A DNA stretch of 64,000 bases from an uncultured delta proteobacterium (GTDB lineage Bacteria > Myxococcota_A > Polyangia > Polyangiales > Polyangiaceae): assembly GCA_963716725.1 (NCBI GenBank), contig CAVQUB010000011.1, forward strand, positions 96,001-160,000, written 5' to 3'. The notes under the pieces were generated by a model. The model saw nothing but the letters and a program-made list of their open reading frames with translations, had not been told where the DNA came from and made no database searches. A program made the position numbers and the translations under genes. Below, piece by piece: positions 50,536 through 60,243 of the stretch. How positions within the stretch are numbered: the first letter of the stretch is position 1; every line of letters starts with the position of its first letter.

Positions 50536-52557
50536 GTGCGGGCTTTCCTGGTTCTGGTCGCCCTGCTCGCGATGGCGCCGCTGGGCGCTTGCCATCACGA
50601 CCGCCCAGAGCGCGTGCCGGGTGAGACCGACGTCACGGTGTCGAAGGTGACGCTGCGCGCTCCGGGCGGAGCGCCACCGACGTTGGCGCACGGAGAGCTG
50701 TTCATGCTGCTGGGCCTGCGCCCCGGGAGCACGATCGTCACGCACCGCTACTTCAACGAGTTCCGCCTGGCAGAGGACCGCCGACGGCTGGTCTCGTGGT
50801 GGCAGACCTACGGCTACTTCGACGTCAAGGTGGCCGAGCCCGAGCTCGAGTGGTCCCAAGACCACCGCTCGGTGGCCGTCACGTGGACGGTCCGCGAAGG
50901 CCGCCCCTACCACGTCGGGTCGGTGGCAGTGCGTGACGCCCCCGACGCCCCCGACGCCCAGGCCGTCGCGCTGGCTCGATTGGTGCCCTTCCGGGTCGGC
51001 GACCGCATCGACCTCGAGAAGTTCCGGATGGGGCGGCACGAGATGGCGTGGCACCTGCAACGGCAAGGCTTCGGCCACGCCGGGGTCTACAGCCGGGCCT
51101 ACGTCGATCGCGACAAAAAGCTCGTGCACTGGGTCTACTTCGTGGACCAGGGGCCCCAGACCCGCATCGGCAAGGTGACGGTCGAGGGCAACCACAAGAT
51201 CCCGGTCGAGAAGATCCTTTGGCGCTCCGACGTGCGCCCCGACGATGCCTACAGCCTGGAGCTCAAGGAGAGCATCGAGCGGGATCTGCTCGACACGGGA
51301 TCGTTTGCGTCCGTGGTGGTCAAGCCCCTGAACGCCGACGTCGAGCGAGTATTGCCCGGGGAGCGCCCCGATCCGGGCGGCCTGCTCACCCACGAACAAG
51401 TCGACGCCGACGGCAACCTCGTGCCACGCCGCCTGGGTGACCGCATCGATTTTCGGTTGGTGGTGGTCGAGGCCCCGTCTCGACAGCTGCGCCTGAGGGC
51501 CGGCGCGGAGGCAGATCCGACGCGCGGCGATCTGTATTCGGGCGGCAACGTCTGGCTCCGTAACTTCTTCGGCGCCTACCAGCACCTGGTGCTCGAAGGA
51601 CGCCTGGGCTACGGCGTGCTCTGGAGCGGTGACGACGACGAGTCGAGCGGGGCCTACGGCGATGCGCTCTTGCGCTCTGTGCACGGCGGGCTCTTCGCTC
51701 GGATGGTGGACGGACGACTGAGCGCACGCTTTCGCGATCGCCTGTACCCCGGCTTTCGCACCCGAGAGTTTGCGGCAGGGCCCGGGCTGCACACGCGCTT
51801 CGGAAAAAACGTCTTCTTCGATTTCGATCTCCTCTATCGCTTCGAGAAGGACGTCGGCTTCGGCCCCTTCACAGCAGCGACCCGCGACGCGCGCGATCTT
51901 CCGAACGGCGACACGTCGCGGGGTCCAACCGCCGAGCTGTCGCTGGTCTGGGATGCTCGCAACGATCGCGTCGAGCCGACCGGCGGCCACTTCCTCGGAC
52001 TGTCCAGCCAGGCTCTTCCCGGCGGCAAGCTTGGCACGCACCAAGCGCTACTCGTCCAGCCCGACGCGCGCCTCTTCTTTCCGCTGGGCGAGAGCACCTC
52101 GCTCGCGCTGCGCTCGACCTTCGGCTTCGTGCTCGGCGCGAGCAGCGCGGGAGTCCCGCCGGGCACGCGGCTCTTCGGCGGCGGCGCCTACGGCATGCGC
52201 GGCTTCGGGCGCGATCGACTGAGCCCGAGCGCTGCCTGTGATCCGACCGCCAACAAGTGCGACGACGAACTCACCGGCGCGCTCAGCCTGATGGAGAGTC
52301 AGGCGGAGTTTCGCTTCTTGCCCTTCCGGGCGCCTTTCGGCTTCGTGGGCTTCGTGGATGCCGGGGCGGCGGGGCCCGCTCAGAATCCCTTCGCCGACGG
52401 CCTGAGCCTCGCCGTGGGTCTGGGTCCGCGCTTGCGACTCTGGTACCTGCCCATCGCCCTGGACCTGTCGTACCGCGTCCTGCGCGAGGACCAGTTCGAG
52501 AACGGCAAGCCCTTCGCGCCGTACTTCGCCTTCGTGCGGATCGGAGAGGCGTTTTGA
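50536..52557 (+). CDS. Omp85 (TamA/BamA-like) outer membrane protein, probably lipidated, with POTRA domains
   Basis: LGAC lipobox; YGYFDVKV, VTWTVREG, VDQGPQTRIGKVTVEGN; WDARND, LFGGGAYGMRGFG, FVDAG, FVRIGEAF. Confidence 0.88.
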   Translation: MRAFLVLVALLAMAPLGACHHDRPERVPGETDVTVSKVTLRAPGGAPPTLAHGELFMLLGLRPGSTIVTHRYFNEFRLAEDRRRLVSWWQTYGYFDVKVAEPELEWSQDHRSVAVTWTVREGRPYHVGSVAVRDAPDAPDAQAVALARLVPFRVGDRIDLEKFRMGRHEMAWHLQRQGFGHAGVYSRAYVDRDKKLVHWVYFVDQGPQTRIGKVTVEGNHKIPVEKILWRSDVRPDDAYSLELKESIERDLLDTGSFASVVVKPLNADVERVLPGERPDPGGLLTHEQVDADGNLVPRRLGDRIDFRLVVVEAPSRQLRLRAGAEADPTRGDLYSGGNVWLRNFFGAYQHLVLEGRLGYGVLWSGDDDESSGAYGDALLRSVHGGLFARMVDGRLSARFRDRLYPGFRTREFAAGPGLHTRFGKNVFFDFDLLYRFEKDVGFGPFTAATRDARDLPNGDTSRGPTAELSLVWDARNDRVEPTGGHFLGLSSQALPGGKLGTHQALLVQPDARLFFPLGESTSLALRSTFGFVLGASSAGVPPGTRLFGGGAYGMRGFGRDRLSPSAACDPTANKCDDELTGALSLMESQAEFRFLPFRAPFGFVGFVDAGAAGPAQNPFADGLSLAVGLGPRLRLWYLPIALDLSYRVLREDQFENGKPFAPYFAFVRIGEAF

Positions 52558-52672
52558 CCGCGGCCGCGCCATGCCTGCGCGCCCGCATTCGCACGCACAC
52601 CGCGTGCCGAGAAGCGCGCGGCGCTCTGCCGTCGCGCTGGGCTGGCCGATGCACTATGTAAGGGCGCTGGCA

Positions 52673-54265
52673 ATGCAACCCCGTCCCGTCGTTCGCACCC
52701 TGATCGCCTTCGCGCTCTCGATGGCGCTGGCGCCCAGAGCTCTGGCCGAGGCGCCGGACGACGACTCGGATCACGAAGTGTTCGTCGAGCCGGGCGAGGG
52801 CTGGTGGATGGATCGTCACGGCGTCTTCCACCCCTTCGAGCGCACCTACTCGGACTGGTCACCCTCACGCTACGAGGCCCGGCCGGGGCGCGCCGCGCTG
52901 GAGATGCTCGGTCTCCTGGGGATCGGCGCAGCCTGGTATTGGATCAAGAGCGAGCAGAACAAAGAAGATTGGGAGTTCCCTCCCCTCGAGCAGCGGCTGC
53001 TCACCTTCGACGCGGTGCGCTTCGACAACAACCTGTTCGTGACCAACCACATCCTGCACCCACTCGCCGGCGCGGCGTACTACAGCTTCTCCCGCGTCAA
53101 CGGCCTCGGCCCCTTTCCTTCGATCGGCTACTCGGTGGCGTCGGCCGTGGTCTGGGAGTGGGGCCTCGAGCTGATCGAAAAGGTGAGCATCAACGATCTC
53201 GTCTACACGCCCTTCGGCGGGTGGGCCTTCGGCGAGTGGGCCGTCCAACTCGGTGACTACCTGAACAGCGCACCGGGAGGCGGCAGTTGGGCCAATCGCC
53301 TGGCGTCGTACACCCTGGGCGCCCCGCGCTACTTGCACGATCGCTGGGACGACGCGCCGCCACCGCCCTCGCTGCCCGTCGACAATCTGGGCTTCTCGAC
53401 CGCGTTTTGGCATCGCTTTGGAGTGATGTACGGGCTCTCCGGTCTCGACAACGACAGCAAGAAGAGCGGCATCGTGCACGACGCGGTGCTCGAAGCGGAG
53501 GTCATCCGCATGCCGGGCCTGCTGCGCCCAGGACACATCGAGCGCGGCTTCGGCGAAGGCAACTTCGTCGACATGCGCAGCCGCATGAGCTTCGACGAGA
53601 CCGGCGTCGCCGAGGTGGACCTCTGGTTTTCGGCCGACGTCGCCGGCTACTTCCATCAGGATCTCGAGCCGGCCTCCGGCGGCGTCCGCGGTCAAGCGTG
53701 GTCGGGTGCGCTGAACGTGGCGGGCCGCTTCGTCGATCGCTGGCTACTGCGCGAGCGCGACGCCTGGGCTCTGGCCCACCTGCCGGGCCCAGCGCTGAAG
53801 GGCTGGATCGCCGAGGGGCCGTTGCTGTTCCGAGTTTCGGCCGCCGCGCACCTCGACTTCGCTGCCGTGCACTCCCTCGCCTACGAGGCATGGACCGAAG
53901 AGCAGGGCGGATCCACTGGCGCCAAGACGGTGCTTCAGAAGCACTCCTACTATTTCGCGCACGGGGCGTCCGCGACGGCCCAGGCGACCGTCGCCTATCA
54001 CGGGACGGAACTGGGGCTTCGTTCCAGCTTCGGGCACTACGAATCCATCGAGGGCCTCGATCGCTATCAGCCGACGGTGCTTCTCGACGTTCACAACTCC
54101 GACGAAATCTTGGAGGGCGCGGTCTGGCTGGGGCACACCACCCCGGGGGCGCCGCTTCAGGTGCGGGTGGCGCTCGAAGGCACGCGCCGAACGAGCGCGA
54201 TGACTCCGCTGAGCGAACTGCGCTGGGATCGCCGGGCGTCGGTCAACGTGGGGCTCGGGTTTTAG
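52673..54265 (+). CDS. DUF3943-like outer membrane protein
   Basis: Signal peptide; RFDNNLFVTNHILHPLAGAAYY...R.NG...WEW..E...SINDL..TP.GG...GE; ends VGLGF. Confidence 0.8.
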   Translation: MQPRPVVRTLIAFALSMALAPRALAEAPDDDSDHEVFVEPGEGWWMDRHGVFHPFERTYSDWSPSRYEARPGRAALEMLGLLGIGAAWYWIKSEQNKEDWEFPPLEQRLLTFDAVRFDNNLFVTNHILHPLAGAAYYSFSRVNGLGPFPSIGYSVASAVVWEWGLELIEKVSINDLVYTPFGGWAFGEWAVQLGDYLNSAPGGGSWANRLASYTLGAPRYLHDRWDDAPPPPSLPVDNLGFSTAFWHRFGVMYGLSGLDNDSKKSGIVHDAVLEAEVIRMPGLLRPGHIERGFGEGNFVDMRSRMSFDETGVAEVDLWFSADVAGYFHQDLEPASGGVRGQAWSGALNVAGRFVDRWLLRERDAWALAHLPGPALKGWIAEGPLLFRVSAAAHLDFAAVHSLAYEAWTEEQGGSTGAKTVLQKHSYYFAHGASATAQATVAYHGTELGLRSSFGHYESIEGLDRYQPTVLLDVHNSDEILEGAVWLGHTTPGAPLQVRVALEGTRRTSAMTPLSELRWDRRASVNVGLGF

Positions 54266-56720
54266 CCGCGCGCCTCGGCAGGATCAGCGCGTCTCGAGCC
54301 GAGAGCGCGACCCACGCCACGCCGGCCGCCACGACCCACAACATGGCAAAGGGCAGGTCGCCCAGCAGCCGAAAGCCAGTCCAGTAGCTGTTGCCCGCCA
54401 CCAGGAACATCGCGGACACCACGACCATGCGGGCGAGGAACGCGAGGAACGCGACTCGCAGCACGTCCGCCGCGAGCTTCGAGCCCAGCTCGGAGACGAA
54501 GGCCCCGAGCACGAGCCACAATCCGAGCAGGTACTTGAGCCCGAGCGCGCCGCCGACGACCCAAGCCGGCACGTGAGGATCACCGAAGCCCGCGACTCCG
54601 AAGTCCATGGCGCCGAAGTCGAGGGCACCCTGGATGCCGATGCGCTGAACGAAGGCCATGCCAAAGACGAAACACGCGATCAGCGCGAGTTGCCCGGGCT
54701 CGAGGGCCGCGTCTGCAGCGCCGCTGCGCGCGCGGTGGCGAGCAAAGGCGGCACCCACACCGTCCGCGACCAGCACCGACGCCGTGAGCGCGATCAGCTC
54801 GGCGTCCCTCGACACCCACGAGTAAGTGGCGAAGCCCATGAGCAGCGCGGCGAGGCGCTGGCGACGCAGAGCGAAGAGCAGGGCGAGCCCGCCGGAAAGC
54901 ACGATCAGCGCCCGACCCGGCAGGGCCGGGACGAAGCGGCGCGCGATCAGCGCGCCGATGGTCAGCACGCACAACCCGAGCGCTATCTGAAAGCGTCGTC
55001 GGTGCCCCGCGCGGGCGCCGAGCACAGCGCCAGCGACCCCGATCAGCGAGATGGCCGTGCTGAGGACCAGGCCCGGATCCCGGCGAAACCAGGCGGGGTA
55101 GATGTCGCTGGTGCGAGTGCCGCCGAAGAACAACGCGATTAGACCCACGGCGATCAAGCCGGCGTGGGCTGGGTGCACCGTGAGGGCAGCAGCGCGGAGC
55201 GTGGGCCGCCCGGAGTCGAGGCCGCCGAGCAACACCATCAGCAGACTGCTGACGGCGACCGCGACGTAGGCCTCGGGTTGGGCGTTGGTGGTGTAGGTCG
55301 CGATCAGAAACCCAGGCAGCGCGACGACCGCAAGCCAGGGCGCGCGCCGCGCAAGCCGAGCGACGCGGCCCGGGATCAGCAGCGCGAGCAAGGCGGGCAG
55401 GTTGCCGATCACGAACAAGACGATGCGCGTGGTGCGCGGCGACGATCCCGGAAGGCGCTCGACGCCCCAGGTGAGCACCACCCCCAGGCTCAGGACGGCG
55501 AGGGCCGCGCCGATCTCACGGCCATGCTTCTTGCCCGCAGCGACAAACGCCGCAGCGAGACCCAGCAGCACCGCGAGCGCGGTGAGCCATGGCACCGCCG
55601 GCGACGCGAGACCGGTACTGACCTCGACATGCCGATCGATGCTGGCCACGATCTCGCGCGCCGCGTCGAGAGGGGCCCGACTGGTCTCGCACTCTGCTGG
55701 GGAAGGAGCGAGCCCCGAGGCTTCGGCAAACGCACGCGCCCGGGCGGCGTCGGTGCAGGCGAGCTCTACCTTTCGCTCGGGAGGCAGGTCGAGCAGATCG
55801 AGGCGCAGGTGACCGCGCGAGTGCGCCGGCGTGGGCAGGCCCAGGAGCGCGGCGAAGGTACCGGCCATGTCGATTTGATCGATGACGCCCGCCTTCGCCG
55901 CCGGTGCGATGCCGGGCCCGTAGGCGAAGAGCACGCTCTTGCGCTGGATGGGGACGTCGGCGCCGTGCGTGCCGCTGTCCGCAGCGCCGTGATCGCCGGC
56001 CACCACCACGGTCCACTCGGGGTCGTTCTCTTTCAAGAATCGAAACAGATCGGCGTCGAAGCCGCGAATGTGCGCGGCGTAGCGCTGGCTCGTCACGGTG
56101 TAGGCGTGCGCTTGATGGTCCGGGGTGACGAAGTGCACGAGCAGCAGATCGGGACTTCGCCCGCGCAACTCCCGAGCGTCGCTAAAGGTGGTGGGATTGA
56201 AGTCCACGTCGATGGCAACTCCCGCCGGATCTAGGCGACGCTCGCTGAACGCGCGACCGTACATCTGCCCCCAGGCGGGATCGCCGACGCTCATCAAGAC
56301 CATTCCGGCGGCACGCGCCGCCAAGAACCAGGAATCGAAGGGCGGCGGGCTAGCGTCGAGATTGCGGACGATCTGCTCGAAACCACCGCGCTGACCCGTG
56401 CCCATGGCGAGCACGGCGCTCGTGGTCATCGAGACACGTCCCGCCCAGAGTTCACCGCTGGCTTCCCGCCGCATGGCCGCCGAGAAGTTCGGCATCCGCA
56501 CCGGATCGGTCGCGACGTCGTAGCGGAGCCCGTCGACGATCACGATCATGAGGCGCGAGGCGAGCCGCGGGTGCGCCGCTGCGGGCGCTTGAAACGCTGC
56601 GGGCGCGCGTGCCGGCAGAACCACCCCGAGCACTGTCGCGAGCACGACCGCGACGAGCAGGGCGGCGATCGCGAGAGAGAACAGCGGGCGTCGACGCGCG
56701 GGCACGGCGACGATTACCAC
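54243..56720 (-). CDS. Alkaline-phosphatase-superfamily membrane transferase resembling GPI ethanolamine-phosphate transferases
   Basis: One N-terminal TM; IVDGLRYD, SMTT..LAMGTG, LLVHFVTPDHQAH, VVAGDHG..SGTHG, DQIDMAGTFAALLGLPTP; 10 or more C-terminal TMs. Confidence 0.75.
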   Translation of the reverse strand: MVIVAVPARRRPLFSLAIAALLVAVVLATVLGVVLPARAPAAFQAPAAAHPRLASRLMIVIVDGLRYDVATDPVRMPNFSAAMRREASGELWAGRVSMTTSAVLAMGTGQRGGFEQIVRNLDASPPPFDSWFLAARAAGMVLMSVGDPAWGQMYGRAFSERRLDPAGVAIDVDFNPTTFSDARELRGRSPDLLLVHFVTPDHQAHAYTVTSQRYAAHIRGFDADLFRFLKENDPEWTVVVAGDHGAADSGTHGADVPIQRKSVLFAYGPGIAPAAKAGVIDQIDMAGTFAALLGLPTPAHSRGHLRLDLLDLPPERKVELACTDAARARAFAEASGLAPSPAECETSRAPLDAAREIVASIDRHVEVSTGLASPAVPWLTALAVLLGLAAAFVAAGKKHGREIGAALAVLSLGVVLTWGVERLPGSSPRTTRIVLFVIGNLPALLALLIPGRVARLARRAPWLAVVALPGFLIATYTTNAQPEAYVAVAVSSLLMVLLGGLDSGRPTLRAAALTVHPAHAGLIAVGLIALFFGGTRTSDIYPAWFRRDPGLVLSTAISLIGVAGAVLGARAGHRRRFQIALGLCVLTIGALIARRFVPALPGRALIVLSGGLALLFALRRQRLAALLMGFATYSWVSRDAELIALTASVLVADGVGAAFARHRARSGAADAALEPGQLALIACFVFGMAFVQRIGIQGALDFGAMDFGVAGFGDPHVPAWVVGGALGLKYLLGLWLVLGAFVSELGSKLAADVLRVAFLAFLARMVVVSAMFLVAGNSYWTGFRLLGDLPFAMLWVVAAGVAWVALSARDALILPRRAAKTRAPR

Positions 56721-56759
56721 GTTCGATGCGCGAGCTCACGGGTATACTGGCCCAGCGCT

Positions 56760-57947
56760 TTGGCCACCGTCCTCTTCGATCTGACCATCCTCGCAACCGA
56801 CACCCGCGTGCGAGGCATCGGGCGTTACCTCGTGGAGTTGGCGACGGCGCTCGAGCGTGCGATCGATCCGTCGCAGGGGCTCGAGCTGAGCTTCCTCGAG
56901 CGCGTTGAATTCACCGGACACAGCGCCGCGTCGGACGACGCCCGCTCGGCAATCGCACGCATCACCGCTGCGCCCGCCATTCCTTCGCTCCGCTGGTCAT
57001 GGAGCGAGCGCATGGGCATCGGTCGCGCGCTACGGGATCGGCGCCCCGCGCTGTTTCACCAGGGAGTGCCCTACCCGACTCCGCTCGAGCGCGCGCCTTG
57101 CCCGCGCGTGGTCACCTGTCACGACTTGGTCCCGCTGGCGTTTCCCGCCGAGTACCGCCGCTGGCAGTCGGGCGGCGACCGCGGGCGGCGTTGGCTCGAT
57201 GCGCGGCGATACAGATCCGCGGATCACCTGATCGCCATCAGCCAAGCCACGGCCGACGATCTGATGCGCCTACTTGGCATCAGCGCCCATCGCATCAGCG
57301 TGGTCCACAATGGCATCGATCTCACGACCTGGACCCCGTCGGAGTCACCTGGCGATAGCGCCGTGCTCGCCCGACTCGGGCTCGAACCCGCTTCGTACCT
57401 CGCGTACGCCGGCGACGCGGATTGGCGCAAGAACCGCGACGGCATGCTGAAGGCCCTCGCGTTGGCGCGCGGGCACGACTCCGCGAAACGGCTGCGCTTG
57501 GTCTGGGCGGGCTCACTCTCGGCCGAGCGTCGCGATCAGTTGCTCGCTCTGGCGCGGGAGCTCGGCGTGCACGACGCGCTAATGCTCACCGGCTGGATCC
57601 CGGACGACGATCTGCGCGCGCTCTACCGCAACGCGCTGGGACTGCTCTTCGTCTCGCGCGCCGAGGGCTTCGGCTTTCCGGTCGTGGAGGCCATGGCTTG
57701 CGGCTGCCCGGTGATCACCAGCAATCGCTCGAGCATGGCGGAGCTGGCCCAGGGTGCGGCGCTGCTGGTGGATCCCGAGCGCCCTGCGGAAATCGCGGAC
57801 GCCATCACACGCCTCGGCGAGAGCGGAGGCCTGCGCGTCGAACTGTCGGAGGCGGGGCGAGCGCGCTCGGCCGGCTTCACGCTGGAGCGACAGGCCGAGG
57901 GCACGCTCGCGGTCTACGCGGCGACAATCGCCAGCCAGCGGGCGTGA
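56760..57947 (+). CDS. Glycosyltransferase family 4
   Basis: RGIGRY, VVTCHDLVP, IAISQAT, VVHNGID, RKN, EGFGFPVVEAMACGCPVI. Confidence 0.92.
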   Translation: MATVLFDLTILATDTRVRGIGRYLVELATALERAIDPSQGLELSFLERVEFTGHSAASDDARSAIARITAAPAIPSLRWSWSERMGIGRALRDRRPALFHQGVPYPTPLERAPCPRVVTCHDLVPLAFPAEYRRWQSGGDRGRRWLDARRYRSADHLIAISQATADDLMRLLGISAHRISVVHNGIDLTTWTPSESPGDSAVLARLGLEPASYLAYAGDADWRKNRDGMLKALALARGHDSAKRLRLVWAGSLSAERRDQLLALARELGVHDALMLTGWIPDDDLRALYRNALGLLFVSRAEGFGFPVVEAMACGCPVITSNRSSMAELAQGAALLVDPERPAEIADAITRLGESGGLRVELSEAGRARSAGFTLERQAEGTLAVYAATIASQRA

Positions 57948-58028
57948 TTCCCCAGCGCCACGAACTCGCGAGCATCTCCGCGGGCAGCCGCCAGAGCTAC
58001 TTCGTCTGGCAAGAGCAGGTCGGGCTCA

Positions 58029-59237
58029 CTACGGAACGGTCTGCGAGCGCACCAGGGAATTGGCGGGCACCAGGCGGTCCTTCTGCCCCCGCCAGGTGCC
58101 GTTTCCGTTTTCGTAATTCACTTCGATGAGTTCACGCGGCGAATATCTCGGGAAGTCGACTTCTCCGTGGCGAGTCACGTCGTCGCGATAGGGGTTCTTC
58201 CAAACGATCTCCGGCCGGGTGACCTTGATCAGCTTCCAGGTGTCGAACTTGTCGCGCCAGGTTTCGCGCGGATGCTCGACAATCAGCGACATCGCGACGA
58301 TGACGCCGTGCTTCTTCGCGTGCCGACAGGTATCGACGATCTGTTCGACCTGGATCTGCTTATTGTAGAAGTCGAGCATTCGCTGACTGCCGCTTTCGGC
58401 GCCCACGTAGATGCCCTTGCACCCGGCTCGCGCCATCAGCTCGATGAAGCTCTCCTCAGACCCGAGGTCCACTCGCGTCTCACAGGCCCACTTGATCTTG
58501 ATATTTCGCTTCAAGATCAGCTCGCAGATCTCGACCACGCGCTTCTTGTTGGCGGTGAAGATGTCCTCACGGAAGTAGACCCCCGCAGGGTTGTGAGTGC
58601 GCACGAGGTACTCGATGTCATCGACGACACGCTCCGCTCCTTGGGAGGTCCAGAGCACGCCCCAGATGTCACGTACGGTGCAGAACGAGCAGGTATAAGG
58701 ACAGCTGCGCGACGTGTTCATCAGGAAGATCGGCTTGTAATCGGTGAACGGGATCTCCCAGGTGTAGTCACGCGGTTTGTCGAGGAAGAGGTCGTAGTCC
58801 GCCCGCGGCAGCGCATCGAGATTCTCGATGCGTTGAGTGCGCAGCAAGGTGCCTTTCGGGAAGCGACCTTCGACCAAATCGTTGATGATGTACTCGGCCT
58901 CACCCTGGACCGCGTAGTCCACGCGCGGAGGGACCGTGGTGGGAAAAGTCGTGGTGTGGGGCCCGCCGAAGGCGACCGGTCCCTTGAAATCACGGAGCAA
59001 TTCCACGACGGCCAGCGCGTCGTCGTAACAGGGAGTGCTGGTGTAAACGCCCGCGAAATCGAAGCGGTTGACGTCGTCGGTCCACGCTCCGCGATCAGCG
59101 AAGCGATCCACCAGCTCTACGCGATGGCCGTGTTGCTTCAGCACTGCGGACAGGTAGCCGAGGCCAATCGGGAAGCGACGCTCATTGGTGGCGAAAGCAG
59201 CGTTGCTCTCACCGTTGTTCACTAGCAGGACGTTCAT
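58029..59237 (-). CDS. B12-binding radical SAM protein (class B methyltransferase-like)
   Basis: PIGLGYLSAVL, GGPHTT, GEAE, TSRSCPYTCSFC, GAESGSQRML. Confidence 0.9.
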   Translation of the reverse strand: MNVLLVNNGESNAAFATNERRFPIGLGYLSAVLKQHGHRVELVDRFADRGAWTDDVNRFDFAGVYTSTPCYDDALAVVELLRDFKGPVAFGGPHTTTFPTTVPPRVDYAVQGEAEYIINDLVEGRFPKGTLLRTQRIENLDALPRADYDLFLDKPRDYTWEIPFTDYKPIFLMNTSRSCPYTCSFCTVRDIWGVLWTSQGAERVVDDIEYLVRTHNPAGVYFREDIFTANKKRVVEICELILKRNIKIKWACETRVDLGSEESFIELMARAGCKGIYVGAESGSQRMLDFYNKQIQVEQIVDTCRHAKKHGVIVAMSLIVEHPRETWRDKFDTWKLIKVTRPEIVWKNPYRDDVTRHGEVDFPRYSPRELIEVNYENGNGTWRGQKDRLVPANSLVRSQTVP

Positions 59238-59270
59238 GACGTTTCTCTCTGTCCCGAGGCAAGATGCATT

Positions 59271-59299
59271 CCTATAGCGTCGGGGGTTGGGTCGGTCAA
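59271..59299 (-). promoter_or_regulatory. Sigma70-type promoter of the radical SAM gene
   Basis: Minus strand TTGACC-N17-TATAGG, 33 nt upstream of ATG 59237. Confidence 0.5.
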
Positions 59300-59504
59300 G
59301 GTGGCGGCGGGTGCTGCGCGGCACTCGGATCGAGGGGCCTGTGCCGAATTTGCGACAGTGGTCGTGCCCGCGTCGTTGGCAGCGCACAGTGACGCAGACG
59401 GTATCGTCGAGTCGCTATCGACCACGGCTTTCGATTCGTCGAGGCAGCTTCACGACCAGCGTTCCCCGCTTGACCCGCGGCGCGGTGGGCATCTTACTTC
59501 GGGC

Positions 59505-60221
59505 GTGTTGCTCCGTCGCATCCGCGAGCTCGGCGAACGCCGACTGAAGCGAAAAACGTTGGCTCGCTGGATGCGTGATCCAGAGTTCGCGAAGCGCATC
59601 GATGCCGTACTGAGCTCGACACCCGAGTCCTTGGGCATCAGCGCGAGCGCGAAGGACGAGCGCGGATTGCCTGGCGCGGCCGAGTTCCGCCAGAGCGGCT
59701 GGTGGGAGCACATGCTCCTGCGCTACCTGCTGGCGCTGGACGCCGCCCGGGACAAGCTCGTGCTCGACAGCTGCTCGGGGCTCGGCTGGGGCTCGCATTT
59801 GTTGGCCGGCGTGGCCGCCGGCGTCGTCGGAGTCGACCTCGACGAGAACGCCGTCGGGATCAGCCGCAGGAACTGGGGCGACCCGAACGCGAGCTTCGTT
59901 CAAGGCAGCGTTCTCGACCTGCCCTTCGAAGACCAGAGCTTCGACGTGGTCTTGTGCATGGAAGCCATCGAACACTTCGGACGAAGCGACGGAAGACGCT
60001 TTCTGCGGGAGCTCGCGCGGGTCACGCGCCCAGGCGGGTTGCTGTTCGGGAGTTCGGCATTTCCGGAAACCCGCCGCGGGGCCGACGAGCTCTGCTCCAA
60101 GAACGAACACCACCTGCATATCTACACTCGGGCTGAGATGGCGGAGCTGCTGCAGGAGGCGTTCGGCCGGCCCCTGCGACTCACCCATCACTACTTCGCC
60201 GCCGAGAAGGCCCCGCGCTGA
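59505..60221 (+). CDS. Class I SAM-dependent methyltransferase
   Basis: EHMLLRY, VLDSCSGLGWG, GVDLD, LPFEDQSFDVVLCMEAIEH, RVTRPGG; start uncertain (ORF open from 59301). Confidence 0.85.
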   Translation: MLLRRIRELGERRLKRKTLARWMRDPEFAKRIDAVLSSTPESLGISASAKDERGLPGAAEFRQSGWWEHMLLRYLLALDAARDKLVLDSCSGLGWGSHLLAGVAAGVVGVDLDENAVGISRRNWGDPNASFVQGSVLDLPFEDQSFDVVLCMEAIEHFGRSDGRRFLRELARVTRPGGLLFGSSAFPETRRGADELCSKNEHHLHIYTRAEMAELLQEAFGRPLRLTHHYFAAEKAPR

Positions 60222-60243
60222 TCACGGGATCCGCGCGGACACC

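Noticed and set aside
48643..52044. 1133-aa ORF suggesting a giant RecQ fusion
   Set aside because: The N-terminal half is the antisense of the Omp85 gene; RecQ starts near 50340.
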